A DNA stretch of 64,000 bases from Pocillopora damicornis (GCF_003704095.1 NW_020844410.1:1-64000), one strand, 5' to 3'; shown: positions 1 to 11,767, numbered from the stretch's first letter. Made by a program: numbers and translations. The notes: generated by a model from the letters alone, not told the origin.

Positions 1-2582
1 CAACAATCAGAAACATAGTTCCTAAGAATGGGCCAGCAAAGTCAATGTGGATGCGTTGCCATGGTCGTGCCGGCAACTCCCATGAGTGGAGTAGAGCGGT
101 CTTAGGGTTGTTCTGGGTAAGTTGACAGCCAGTGCACCCCTTTGCTACTTCTTCAATTGCTTTGTCAATCCTTGGCCACCACATGTAGCTCCTGGCCAAG
201 GCCTTCATCATAACGATTCCAAGGTGGCCCTCATGGATCTCAGCTAACAGTTATGCCTGGTGCTTGTGAGCCCCACATAAGACAGCCATCCTGTATGGTG
301 AGCTCTCTTTCCTCCTCTGAAATGGCTCCAGCTCCTTCTCACTAACAGTTGGCCGCCCTCGCTTTGTGTTTTCCATCACACGTGACAAAACTGGATCTCT
401 CTGAGTTGCTTGACGGGTCATATCTGCATTGAATGGCAGCACTTCTATCTGGGATACTTGAAAAATCTCCATTGGGTCAACCACTTCCTTGTCACAGGCT
501 TTCTTTAGAGGTAGGCGTGACAATCCATCCGCGTTTCCATGTTGGGTTGTGTTCTTGTACTCAATACTGTATTCAAACCCTGCTAGAAACAACGTATAAC
601 GTCGCAAGCGAGCAACTGTCATTGCTGGTATTCCTTTCTTAGGATTAAAAATTGAGGTCAGGGGCTCATGATCTGTCACGAGTGTGAAATGACGACCAAA
701 CAGGTAAAGGTGGAATTTCTTGACTCCCCAAACCAAGGCTAGGGCTTCTTTATCAATTTGGGAGTAGTTCCTTTTTGCTTTGGTTAGGGTACGTGATGTG
801 AAGGCTATGGGTCGCTCTGAGCCATCCTCCATGATATGCGACAAAACTGCCCCAATTCCGACCGGTGAGGCGTCACAGGCTAGTCTCAATGGCCGTCCAG
901 GATCATATTGGGTGAGCACCATATCTGATGTGATCAGCTTCTCTACTGATTGGAAGGCCTCCTCGCACTCTGTGGTCCACTTCCATCGTTTTCCTTGCTC
1001 CAAGAGTCCATTAAGGGGATTGAGTGTGGTGGCAAGGTTTGGCAAGAACTTGTAGTAGTAGTTTACCAGGCTTAAGAATGAACGGAGGTGCTGGACATTT
1101 TCTGGTCTTGGGGCATTAACAACTGCATGAATTTTCTCTTGAGTCTTGTGTAACCCGTGCCGATCTACTTCTCGCGGTTTGCTCGTAAGCCATCTGCCTG
1201 TAGCCTCTTCAGTACTTCCTCCAGATTTTCAAGGTGCTCTTTGTCATCTTTTCCTGTGATAATCATGTCGTCTAAGATGTAACTAGTTCCTTCGACCCCT
1301 TCTAAGATTTGATCCATAGATCTCTGCCAAATTGCTGGGGCTGAAGTGATCCCGAATACCAGGCGGTTGTATCGGTACAACACCTGATGGGTGTTAATCG
1401 TCAAGTACTCTTGTGACTCTTCCTCTACTTCCATCTGATGGTAGGCCTGTCTGAGGTCAATCTTGGTGAACTTCTGCCCTNNNNNNNNNNNNNNNNNNNN
1501 NNNNNNNNNNNNNNNNNNNNNNNNNNNNNNNNNNNNNNNNNNNNNNNNNNNNNNNNNNNNNNNNNNNNNNNNNNNNNNNNACTTGTGGTAGTAGTTTACC
1601 AGGCCTAAGAATGAACGGAGTTGCTGGACATTCTATGGTCTTGGGGCATTAACAACTGCATGAATTTTCTCTTGAGTCTTGTGTAGCCCGTGCCGATGTA
1701 CTTCGTGTCCACAGTAAGTGATCTTCGTCTGGAAAAACTGGCACTTCTCGCGGTTTGCTCGTAAGCCATTTGCCTGTAGCCTCTTCAGTACTTCCTCCAG
1801 ATTTTCAAGGTGCTCTTTGTCATCTTTTCCTGTGATAATCATGTCGTCTAAGATGTAACTAGTTCCTTCGACCCCTTCTAAGATTTGATCCATAGATCTC
1901 CGCCAAATTGCTGGGGCTGAAGTGATCCCGAATACCAGGCGGTTGTATCGGTACAACTCCTGATGGGTGTTAATCGTCAAGTACTCTTGTGACTCTTCCT
2001 CCACTTCCATCTGATGGTGGGCCTGTCTGAGGTCAATCTTGGGGAACTTCTGCCCTCCTGCTAGCTTAGCGAATATGTAATCGATGCGTGGGAGTGGGTA
2101 CTCTTCTGTCTGAAGCTGGGGGTTAACTGTGGTCTTATAGTCGCCACAAATTCAAACTGTGCCGTTTAATTTGGCAACTGGCACAATAGGCGTCGCCCAA
2201 TTGCTGAATCTGACCTCGTGTAGTATGCCTTCTTTTTCTAGACGTTTCAGCTCCCCCTCGGCCTTAGGTTTCATGGCGTATGGGACAGGCTTTGCTTTAC
2301 AAAACTTTGGTTGACTTCCTTCCTTCAACGCGAGTCTCGCCTTGGCTAGGGCGGCCAAATTGCGTAGTAATCCATACGTTTTGTTTCCCATTAAGCTTAG
2401 CATTACGGCCACTTGCTTGTTGTTCTTGATTTCGTTAGCGATGAAGTATATCTATACGTTCCACATAGGTGTTCCAATCGTCGTTCGTTTCGTCAAACAC
2501 TTCAATCTTTCCAAACGGCATAGTGGCGAAAGCTCGAAGTTTCTCTGGTTGCTGCTTAGGATCTAAATCCTCGTTGCCAATC
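1..2582 (-). mobile_element. Ty3/Gypsy LTR retrotransposon internal region, copy 1 (degenerate): gag N-terminus joined to RT - RNase H - integrase (continues beyond window start)
   Basis: RT motifs WATPIVPV, YNRLVFGITSAPAIWQ and ILDDMII; RNase H motifs LACDAS and NYSQIDKEALA. Integrase H2C2 and core start at 1-250 (HEGHLG...CTGC...PWQRIHIDFAGPF). Frameshifts and stops are present, with a gap at 1481-1580. Confidence 0.93.
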
Positions 2583-2725
2583 TGTTGTGTCTCGCGGAAT
2601 TGAATGAATCAAACTAGTACAACACAACAAGGTTTAATCAAACATGGCGGTTTACATTCAACGACAAGCGCACATGGTATGCGTTCTTATAATAGTAACA
2701 AAACCGCAGACCTTCATGTGCGACA
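2583..2725 (-). repeat. 5' LTR of Gypsy copy 1 (143 bp, TGT...ACA), followed on the minus strand by a PBS (TGGCAACGAGG)
   Basis: About 92% identical by manual count to 5264-5406. TG...CA termini; TGG-starting PBS directly inside; gag ATG (MPFGKIE) near 2520. Confidence 0.88.
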
Positions 2726-3441
2726 TAGCAGGACCCCCCGGTCCAAATCCGCTAGCGATTGCAATAGTTTGTTCGCACCTAATTCTTGCGTATACTGTAC
2801 GACTCACTATAATAAATGCGGTAGAATTGGAACGAAATGGCTCGTTGTTGTTGTTGTTTTTTTTAACCCTTATTGAGGAATGTTGTGTTGTTGCCAAAAG
2901 AAGTGTCCGGCCATGGTAAAGGTAGGGTTAAGTCGATTCCAAAAGCTGATAGGGGAATTGGCAAGCGTGTATCACAGATAGTACTCAAGATGTCTGAAAA
3001 ATTCGTACAATCTGGCTTCGGTAAGTAGGCTACTTACCACCGTGAGCAAAATTAAGTCTCGAGTGGGAATTGGTCAATAGGCTACCAAAAAACACATAAA
3101 AATTTGTCCTTGCTAAATGACAAGTGTGCTGCACGTATTAGCACCCCCGGGGGGGGACCCTTTACATAAGCAACAATTAGCCTGTAAAAACAAGTATTTA
3201 TGTCCTTTCCTGTCTTTTTCTATGCTTCCCTCGCTCCTAAAAAGGATCCATACAAATATGAGAGCCGTGCAGCGTTCACATTTGTATAGGTAGAAAAGGT
3301 CGTCCAGAATGAGTGTTTCGTTCTGTAATGAAAACCCCAATNNNNNNNNNNNNNNNNNNNNNNNNNNNNNNNNNNNNNNNNNNNNNNNNNNNNNNNNNNN
3401 NNNNNNNNNNNNNNNNNNNNNNNNNNNNNNNNNNNNNNNNN

Positions 3442-3633
3442 GACGCCAGAAGGGAAACGCAAGCGGGGTCGCCCCAAGATCACATGGCGACGGACGGTTG
3501 AGAAGGAAATAAAGGAGATGGGGAAGACCTGGTAGGGCATCAAGTTCATGGCAAGGGATCGCCAGATGTGGAGGGAACACGTTGCTGCCCTACATGCCTG
3601 TTGGCGTAAAGGGCATGAATGAATGAATGAATG
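3442..3633 (+). mobile_element. 3' end of an RTE-clade LINE with (ATGA)n tail, inserted into Gypsy copy 2
   Basis: Translates as TPEGKRKRGRPKITWRRTVEKEIKEMGKTW*GIKFMARDRQMWREHVAALH, the typical RTE ORF C-terminus. It ends in a short tandem-repeat tail at 3615-3633; the 5' part lies in the gap. Confidence 0.8.
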
Positions 3634-5263
3634 CGTGGGAGTGGGTATTCCTCTGTCTGAAGCTGGGGGTTAACTGCGGTCTTATAGTCGCCACAAATTC
3701 GAACTGTGTCGTTTGATTTGGCAACTGGCACAATAGGCGTCGCCCAATCGCTGAATTTAATCTTGTGTGGTATGCCTTCTTTTTCTAGACGTTTCAGCTC
3801 CACCTTGACCTTAGGTTTCATGGCGTATGGGACAGGCCTTGCTTTACAAAACTTTGGTTGACTGCCTTCCTTCAACGCGATGCCGATTTCATCCTTAAAC
3901 ACCTCACTATAGTCGTCTATGAGTCTCTCTAATTTCTTCTGGGTGTCTTGTGTCACCTGTTCTTTTGAAATAGCACAGATCCTTTCCCAATCGAGTTGTA
4001 TCTGGTGTAGCCAATCTCTTCCAAACAACGCCGGCCCTTGTGTTTTCACTACATATAACGTTAAGTCCTTGACTTGGTTGTTGTGTTCCACGCGAACAAG
4101 TAGTTCGCCTTCTGGTGTTACCTTCTCTCCTGAGTAGGTTTTCAAAATAGCGGTGGTGTCGACCAGAGGTGTGTTTGGGAAGGTTTCCTTATACGTCTCC
4201 AAGGGGAGTGTAGATATCGCTGAACCTGTGTCTTGCTCCATCTTCAGTTTGTGGCCATTAACTTTTGGTTTCACCCAGATGACGTCACCAACTACCCCAT
4301 GGTTAATATTGTTGACTTCTGGGGATGCCACCAAGCTATCATCAATGCGCTCATCATCTACCTCGAACGAGTGAAGGTTGGGGTTCTCGTTCCTTCGTCT
4401 TCGGGTAGAGTTCTGACCCTTTCCTGAGCGGCATACTCTTTGGATATGGCCTAATTTCCCGCATTTTTGTATGTTTCATTCCTGAAGTAACACTCGGCTG
4501 ACTCGTGTGTACTACCCCCACATCGATAACACTGAGATTTTGATTTGACATCATCTTTCCCTTTAGGAACTCTTTCGCTATCCTTGTTTATTTTGTTGAC
4601 TTCAGACTCTTTATTAATGTTACCCTGCAATTCTAGTGGTTCTTTCGCTGCCGCTTCCATTTCTGACGCTTTGGCCAATGACAAATCTGGCTCGGAGAGC
4701 AGCCGTTTCTGGATAAGTTCATTGTGTAGTCCACACACTAGTCTGTCTCTTAACGCGTCATTCAAGTTAGTTCCGAATTCACAATACAGCGACAATTTCT
4801 TTAGTTCAGCAAGGTATGAACTTACGGTTTCACCTTCGAGTTGGTTCCTTTTGTGAAAGCGGAATCGCTCTGCTATGAGCAGTGGTCTCGGTGACAGATG
4901 CTTCTGTAGTGTTTCTACGATAGTCTTGAAAGACAGGCTGGATGGCTTGGCTGGGGCGGCCAAATTGCGTAGTAACCCATACGTTTTGTTTCCCATTAAG
5001 CTTAGCATTACGGCCACTTGCTTGTTGTCCTTGATTTCGTTGGCAATGAAGTATTGCTCTAGACGTTCCACATAGGCGTTCCAATCGTCGTTCGTTTCGT
5101 CAAACGCTTCAATCTTTCCAATCTGTATAGGTTTAGGTATGGTAGGCAGGTAGGTAGGTAGGTAGGTAGGTAGGTAGGTAGGTAGGTAGGTAGGTAGGTA
5201 TAGGTATAGGTAGGTCGAAGTTTCTCTGGTTGCTGCGTAGGATCTAAATCCTCATCGCCAATC
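3631..5263 (-). mobile_element. Ty3/Gypsy internal region, copy 2 (degenerate): gag with CCHC knuckle, aspartic protease, RT N-terminus
   Basis: gag WNAYVERLEQYFIAN...LIAERFRFHKRNQ...LRDRLVCGL; knuckle CYRCGGSTHESAEC; protease DTGS; RT start WATPIVPV...RICGDYK...YPLPRI. Confidence 0.92.
5127..5215 (+). repeat. (TAGG)n microsatellite
   Basis: Long run of tandem TAGG units with degenerate edges. Confidence 0.95.
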
Positions 5264-5406
5264 TGTTATGTCTCGCGGAATTGAAGGAATCAAACTAGTA
5301 TAACACAACAAAGTTTAATCAAACATGGCGGTTCACATTCAACGACAGGCGCACATGGCGTGCGTGCGCATAATAGTAACAAAACCGCAGACCATCATGT
5401 GCGACA
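5264..5406 (-). repeat. 5' LTR of Gypsy copy 2 with PBS (TGGCGATGAGG)
   Basis: Homologous to 2583-2725; TGT...ACA ends; PBS at about 5250-5260. Confidence 0.88.
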
Positions 5407-5409
5407 TAG

Positions 5410-5880
5410 GAGAACCCTTTAGGAAATTACAGTCATGTTAAACGTGTGAAATAAAAGTTCTGGTTGACTTTCATGAGGATTCAAACCTCAGATCTACCGA
5501 TTTTGCTATCAATGACTATAAGGCTTTAAGCCTTAGACAATAAAACTTCACCATCTGCCCTACCAGCCGGGCAGAAAAAGAAATTTGGGTGGACCATTTG
5601 TGAGGATTCAAACTTCATTCCAAGTGGCTACAAACTGCTTTTATGGCAGAGTAGAAACACAAATTTAAAGATAAACTCACTGAGAGGATTCAAACGTCAG
5701 ACTTTGCAATATCGATATCAAATGCTCTATCAACTGAGTTGAGAGACAAAAATGTGTGTCGAACTCTTTAGGAAATTACAGTCACGTAAACGTGTGAAAT
5801 GAAAGTTCTAGTTGACTTTCATGAGGATTCAAACCTCAGATTTACCAATTTTGCTGTCAGATACTCCACTAGCTAAAGTA
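5410..5880 (-). repeat. Cluster of degenerate tRNA-like (SINE-head-like) repeats
   Basis: GAGGATTCAAAC (reverse complement of a B-box-like GTTTGAATCC) occurs four times. The 5677-5745 unit on the minus strand also has an A-box-like AACTCAGTTGATAGAGC. 5412-5510 is duplicated at 5761-5860. Confidence 0.55.
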
Positions 5881-6835
5881 TACAAATCTCGTGCAATTAT
5901 TTTTCTTATCTCATACTTAGCATTGTATTGTGTTTGTTTCTTGGTGGCATGAAATGTTTGCCCAAATCAAGTTGGTATTCAAGGCAGGAAGCAATGAAGG
6001 GGACTAATCAGAAAAGGTGTGCATGCAAAGAGTGCTGCTTAGCTGTTCAGGTAAGAATGAGATACACCGATTGTTGATGAAGTATGTACAAGCTGTATAA
6101 GTTATAAAATACGTTTATTTCTGTAGTTATAGTGAAGATGTTGGCTGTAGCTAAATACCATCCTTTGCATAAGTTGATTACTGCAACTGTGGCACAAGTC
6201 ATTTATCTTAAATACTCTTCTTTTCAGTTTGAAAAGCACAATGCAACTTACCCAAGGAGGACAAATTGAATGACAGAAAGCAAAGGGTAACGTAGATGTT
6301 ATGCTAGAGTAACGGGATAAGAAAAATCACCAACCACTTATTTTCTCAAGTTGAAAGAAAAGAAACAAAAACAGTAATAACAAAAACTATAATGTCTTTT
6401 AAAAAAAAGGTTAGACATTTTTGCTACGAGCTCCTTTTCCGCCGCAGAACAAAATTGTGTCCACATGATCAATTAAAGGTTTCAGTCGACGAAATAAAGC
6501 ACTGTGTTCGAAAACTGTTAGTACAGACCTACTTGCTCTTATCCTATTAAAGTTAGAATTCGAAACTCACAGCCTACAAAGGCTCGAACTCATGAAACAC
6601 ACTCATTGACATGCACGGATAAGAGTGAAAAACATTGTTAACTGAATGTGTGATAAAATAAAATCTTTGAATCAAATTAATCTACATTGCTTCTGCTAAT
6701 CAGGTGAAACTTTGTTCAAACTGACAGTCTGTGTCTCATGTGTCTTTGCCTCCGTGATACGACATTCTTCTTCTCTATTTCTTTCCAGGTGCTTTTCTTT
6801 GCAGGGTTTGGATTGAACCCACCTTTTACTTCTTT

Positions 6836-8112
6836 GACAACTAGGAAGCAGTTCAATAATTGTGGTTTTTACGCATCATGCGTTTGTCAACAAGGAAGCA
6901 GTTTAAAAGTTGCAGTGTCTATGCATCATGTGCTTGCCAACAAGGAAGCAATTCAAAAGTTGTGATATCAATACATCATACCCACGACAACAAAGAAGCA
7001 ATTTAAGAGTTGTGGTTTCTATGCATCATGTATTTGCCAACAAGGATGTAATTTAAAAGTTGTGGTTTCTATGCATAATGTTGCTATCAACAGAGAGGTA
7101 GTTTAAAAGTTATGGTGTCTATGCATCATGCATTTCTCAACTAAGAAGGAGTTTAAAAGTTGCAGTTTCTATGCATCATGTTTTTATCAACAAGAAAGGA
7201 GTTTGAAAGTTGTGGTGTCTATGCATCATGTGTTTGTCAACAAGGAAGCAGTTTAAAAGTTGTGGTGTCTATGCATCATGCGTTTGTCACCTAAGAAGGA
7301 GTTCAAAAGTTACGGTTTCTATGCATCATGTTTTTATCAAAAAGAAAGGAGTTTAAAAGTTGTGGTGTCTATGCATCATGTTTTTGTCAACTAGGATGGA
7401 ATTTGAAAGTGGCGGTTTCTATGCATCATGTTCTTCTCAACAAGAAAAGAGTTAAAAAGTCGTGGTGTCTATGCATCAAGTGTTTATAAACAAGGAAGCA
7501 GTTTTAAAAATTGTGGTGTCTGCATCAAGCGTTTGTCAACTAGGAAGGAATTTAAAAGTTTTGGTGTCTATGCATCATGTGTTTATCAAGAAGGAAGCAG
7601 TTTAAAAATTGTGGTGTCTGCATCATGCGTTTGTCAACTAGGAAGGAATTTAAAAGTTGTGGTCTCTATGCATCATGTGTTTATCAACAAAGAAGCAGTT
7701 TAAAAATTGTGGTTTGTCAACAAGGAAGGAATTGAAAATTTGTGGTCTCTTTGCATCATGCTTTGCAGCACGTTGTTATCAACGAAGAAGTGGTTTAAAA
7801 TTTGTGGTGCCTATGCATCATGTGTTTTTCAACAAGGAAGCAGTTTAAAAGTTGTGGTGCCTATGCATCATGTGTTTGTCAACAAGGAAGCAGTTAAAAA
7901 GTTGGGGTGTCTATGCATCATGCGTTTGCCAACGAGCAAGGAGTTTAAAAGTCGCGCTTTCTATGCATCGTGTTTTTCAACTAGGAAACATAAACACCGC
8001 AACTTTTCAAGTTGCGGTGTTTATGCATCAAGTTGTTATCAACAAGGAAGCGGTGTAATCGTTGCAATGTTTATGTATAATCTGATCATCAAGGAGGTAG
8101 CAGTTTTTAAAG
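6836..8112. repeat. Minisatellite, 50-bp unit, about 25 copies
   Basis: Consensus approximately CAAGGAAGCAGTTTAAAAGTTGTGGTGTCTATGCATCATGTGTTTGTCAA, repeated in tandem with variants. Confidence 0.95.
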
Positions 8113-8421
8113 TTTCAGAGTCTTGATACGTATTATATGATCGTCAAAAAGGATAATGATAAGTAATGGAATATATTAGTTTGCCAAGAAAATAAAGGAT
8201 AAATAGATCAACCTAAAACTTACGAATAAAGGAATAAAGATGAAACAGCCAAAGTAAATCAATTATAAACAAAAAAATACACAAGACTCAACCTCAACCT
8301 CAACCCATCCCTGAAATATTTTACATCTGTGCCTATGTTATCTAAATGGACTCTTGCTGACTTTATTTTGGGTTTCAAGACATAATGATTCTGTAACAAC
8401 AACAAATCACTTCTATAACAG

Positions 8422-8760
8422 TAATTCCGACTACTGATTTCAGGCTTTGGATCTCAGACATTCGATTTCTGAGTACGGAGTATTATTTCCGACAATCGAC
8501 TTTCAATTTTCCGATTTTCGGCTTCGGACTTCTAATTTCCGACTTCAGACTTCGGATTTCAGACATTCGAATTCGCAGTTCGGAGTTTTACTTCCGATCA
8601 TTGACGGATAATTTACTTCCGATCATTGACGTATAAATTTATAACCTCCGGTATCGCACTTCTAATTTACGACTTTCGACTTGTAAGTCTCCTGTGAACT
8701 CCCGATATCCGAATTTTATTCATCAAATGCTACATTCGACTCCGAAGTGCCACTTCAGCG
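8422..8760. repeat. Degenerate 7-mer repeat (TTCCGAC/TTCAGAC/TTCGGAC)
   Basis: For example TTCCGACTTCAGACTTCGGATTTCAGAC; internal duplication of TTACTTCCGATCATTGACG at 8588-8631. Confidence 0.7.
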
Positions 8761-8897
8761 TCCACGAACTTAATACTAGAGTCAGGAATAGACAATCAAA
8801 ACAGCATAAGTGCATAATAGCCATTTAGAACAGAGGGGTGCAGCAGTAACCGAGATAAGAGCGAAATTACCTTTCAAGATCACAACTTTACTAAGAT

Positions 8898-9075
8898 TTA
8901 ACTCTTTAAACCCTAAGAGTTACAAGCATCTATAAAATTTCTCCTCACAATGTTACCCTGATCAAGCATTAATTTTAGGAGAATAAAGAAAATGATTTAG
9001 AACGTAAAGAGCTACTGATTGTTGTGCAATCAAGTCAGCACCGTAGGGGATGCATGGAGAACAGTTCAGTAATGT
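8898..9075. mobile_element. Non-autonomous TTAA/CCC-terminal (piggyBac-like) MITE family fragment; related copies at ~13571-13620, ~13857-14010 and ~47987-48405
   Basis: Shared TTAACYCTTT...CC(C/T)A...ATTTCTCCT(T/C)ACAAT(A/G)T...GAGAATAA...AAATGAT sequence recurs at these positions. Confidence 0.5.
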
Positions 9076-9429
9076 TGGGAAGTCAAAGTCTAAATAAATA
9101 AAGAAGAGTAAGCCCTTACCCATGATCACAATTGCAGGAGAACTTAATCTGCTAAATATTAGCAAAATGAATGAAATGTGATGGTATAAAGTATTTCTGT
9201 GCATCCTTGAAAATTTTGCATACAATTGGTATAATCGTGAAGTATATTTGAGTGCGAAGCCTGGTGAACACGTTTGAGAACGTGGAAATCTCTTCGCTGT
9301 CTTACTAGTAACCGCCCATCTTAACAATATCATTAATGTCATTTACCTACCTACTCAGGACAAAACTAGCAGCTTATGGCTGGACACGTTGGAAACGTTT
9401 TAGTTGAAATTCCGGCAAATGTTAATAGA

Positions 9430-9752
9430 CATTGTCACAATAGTCAAGTTTTGACAGCACCAGTGACTTAAGCAAAGTTCTTAAGTTTTCTTATTGTTTG
9501 TATTATTCCGTAACAGCTCATGCACGCACGTGCTTATCCCAATCAAGATACTGGTGGAAATGGACACTAAGAAGCTTACTTACATTTACATATTCTAATG
9601 TACTATCTGAGACCGTAATAGCTGGTCGATTCTTATCTAAACTACGTACATGTGACATCTGGTTTGTGGACAGCAACATCGTCTTTATCTTTTTCGACTT
9701 AAGTGCTAGATGGGAGTCATTAGACCAGGAGCTCACAGTCTTTAGTGTTTGA
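9430..9752 (-). mobile_element. CR1/L2-type LINE reverse transcriptase remnant
   Basis: SWSNDSHLALKSKKIKTMLLST...LEYVNVSKLLSVHFHQYLDWDKHV resembles the W..N.L.LN..KTK.M...KLLGV....L.W..H thumb-region pattern. Confidence 0.65.
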
Positions 9753-10780
9753 GAAGAATGTCATTTTGTGTTTCTTCTTAAGGAATTTCTGTCCTTCATC
9801 CAAGAATGGGTATTTGTTTTTTAAAATGCTCATAATATCCTAATTCTTCTTCAGAGATTGACCTTGCCTTGGTGAAGACTCAAATTCAAAATGATTTTTT
9901 CTGGAAAAATTTCTGTGCTCTTCTGAAGACTGACCATTCTAGTAAGCATAAACTCCTGCTTTAAATGGGTTTTTTTGAATTATCAAAAGGATTTTTTTCG
10001 AATTCTGACTCAGAAAATTACACTGAGATAAAACATTAGAGACAAATAATAATCGTTGTGTTGCAATAATTAAATTTTTTATTAGCTAAGTAGGACAGCG
10101 CTGAGTAACGCCTCTGCTTGTGACAAACGCACTTGTAATGCCTGAACAACCATTTAGGTAAAACAAGAAAGTGGTAATTTTGAGACAGTCAAAATATTGC
10201 TTCTATAGCCCTTATCCACTAAAACATATCGTTAACACATCATCATCAACGAGCCGTAAGTAAAGCAATTGAGGTACAACATCGTAAACAACCAAACTCC
10301 AAATTATATCTGAGTTCTCGATTTTGTCCGTGCAGCGTAGCCTTGACGTACAATCTCAGTCGAAAATGCTGAATGCAAGCTATCCATTTCACAACCTCTC
10401 TCTAATAATTGTAAACAAAGTTTAAGCTATAGCGGGGCTGTGTGATGGAATAGCCTGCCGAAAGAGATAAAACAATCAAACCCTCCTAATGATTTCAAAA
10501 TTGAATAAAAAACCACACTCTCTAAAGCGAGATCATCTAGCACTATCTTACATATACATGGCAACCTGTAAAGCAGGTTCTTTCATTTAATTACTTACAC
10601 TTAGCTTTTTATTAGTCAGTGTAATTGGGTTTTTTAACCTTTGGAAACACCGTGTTTGAACAAAGTTTTTACTTATTTACAAAGATTTCGGGTGACAATT
10701 TGTATAATTACAGATTGTGTAATGTAATTTCTAATACAGATTCGTAGAAGTTACAATAATTATTACCAGGAACGGGGGCG

Positions 10781-11728
10781 TTACAGGGAAGCAGCGAGTT
10801 TAGAATCAACGAAATTTTCTGACCGAAATGTTCTGCAACAAAAGGTTCCTCTAATGTGTTGGCGAAAGTTATTACTATGAAGAGCGTAAATGAAGGGATT
10901 TATGGCTGAATTGACGCCAACGAGTACTACTGATATGATATAAGGAACTGAGCCATATGCATACACTTCTGGCTCATACTTAGACAACATATATAACACC
11001 AGGTTAGGTAACCAGCATACTGTGTACATTAAACTCACCACGAAAACCATTTTTGTCACTTTCAGCCTTGATCTGATTCGCGCTTGCTCAGTGACCCCTA
11101 AGTTATTGGGATTTCCTCTATTCCAGAGATTGCAGAGCACCTTTAAATATAAAACTGCCATGGCTCCCACGGGAATAGCACCGAAAACAAAAAAACAAGC
11201 AATGGTGTAAGCTTTAGCCAGATGTTCATTCGCCCAGTGTTCCGGGCAATGGGTTACACCGCGTTTATCATATCGAACAACAAAAAACAAGGGCAGGTTG
11301 AAGATTATGGCGTAAAGCCAGCCAATGATTATGATCGAGATTAATCGACGATTTGTAAGTCGCCAACGATCGCCAAAGGGGTAAACAACAGCGAAATAAC
11401 GCTCAATAGCAACAACTACCAATGAGAATGCTGATGCAGCCCCACCAATCCAGATGAAATTCCCTCCAGTTATAAACTTGCACATGAAATCCCCTGCAGT
11501 ACCTGACGGGTGGTGAAACGCCCACTTGATGACATAAACTGGAATGATAAAAAGCGCCACCATGATATCTGAGGCCGCTAGGTTCACAAGAAGGTAATTG
11601 ACCGGTGCTCTCATTCCATGGTATCGGAACACAACCAGGCATACTACGGTGTTTCCCACGAGATTCACTATAACCACCACAGAGAAAGCAACGGTGAGAC
11701 CCATGTCCAGTGACGTCATAGAAGTCAT
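10781..11728 (-). CDS. Class A (rhodopsin-like) GPCR, neuropeptide-receptor-like, single coding exon, 315 aa
   Basis: Seven hydrophobic segments; GN (TM1), NLAASD (TM2), C3.25, ERY, CWLP and NPFIY; splice acceptor just upstream of the ATG (~11745). Confidence 0.95.
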   Translation of the reverse strand: MTSMTSLDMGLTVAFSVVVIVNLVGNTVVCLVVFRYHGMRAPVNYLLVNLAASDIMVALFIIPVYVIKWAFHHPSGTAGDFMCKFITGGNFIWIGGAASAFSLVVVAIERYFAVVYPFGDRWRLTNRRLISIIIIGWLYAIIFNLPLFFVVRYDKRGVTHCPEHWANEHLAKAYTIACFFVFGAIPVGAMAVLYLKVLCNLWNRGNPNNLGVTEQARIRSRLKVTKMVFVVSLMYTVCWLPNLVLYMLSKYEPEVYAYGSVPYIISVVLVGVNSAINPFIYALHSNNFRQHIRGTFCCRTFRSENFVDSKLAASL

Positions 11729-11767
11729 GGTGTGACCTTGCAGAACTGCAAAAGTAGAGGTAATAAT

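Noticed and set aside
1050-2058. Apparent tandem duplication of the RT region
   Set aside because: Near-identical copies flank a 100-N gap; most likely haplotype or paralogue overlap in the assembly.
5677-5745. Functional tRNA gene
   Set aside because: Boxes and stems are degenerate and no clean anticodon arm is evident.
6836-8112. CRISPR-like array, or the Cys-rich ORFs 7428-8126
   Set aside because: Contiguous tandem units with no unique spacers, no cas genes and a eukaryotic context; the ORFs are by-products of the repeat.
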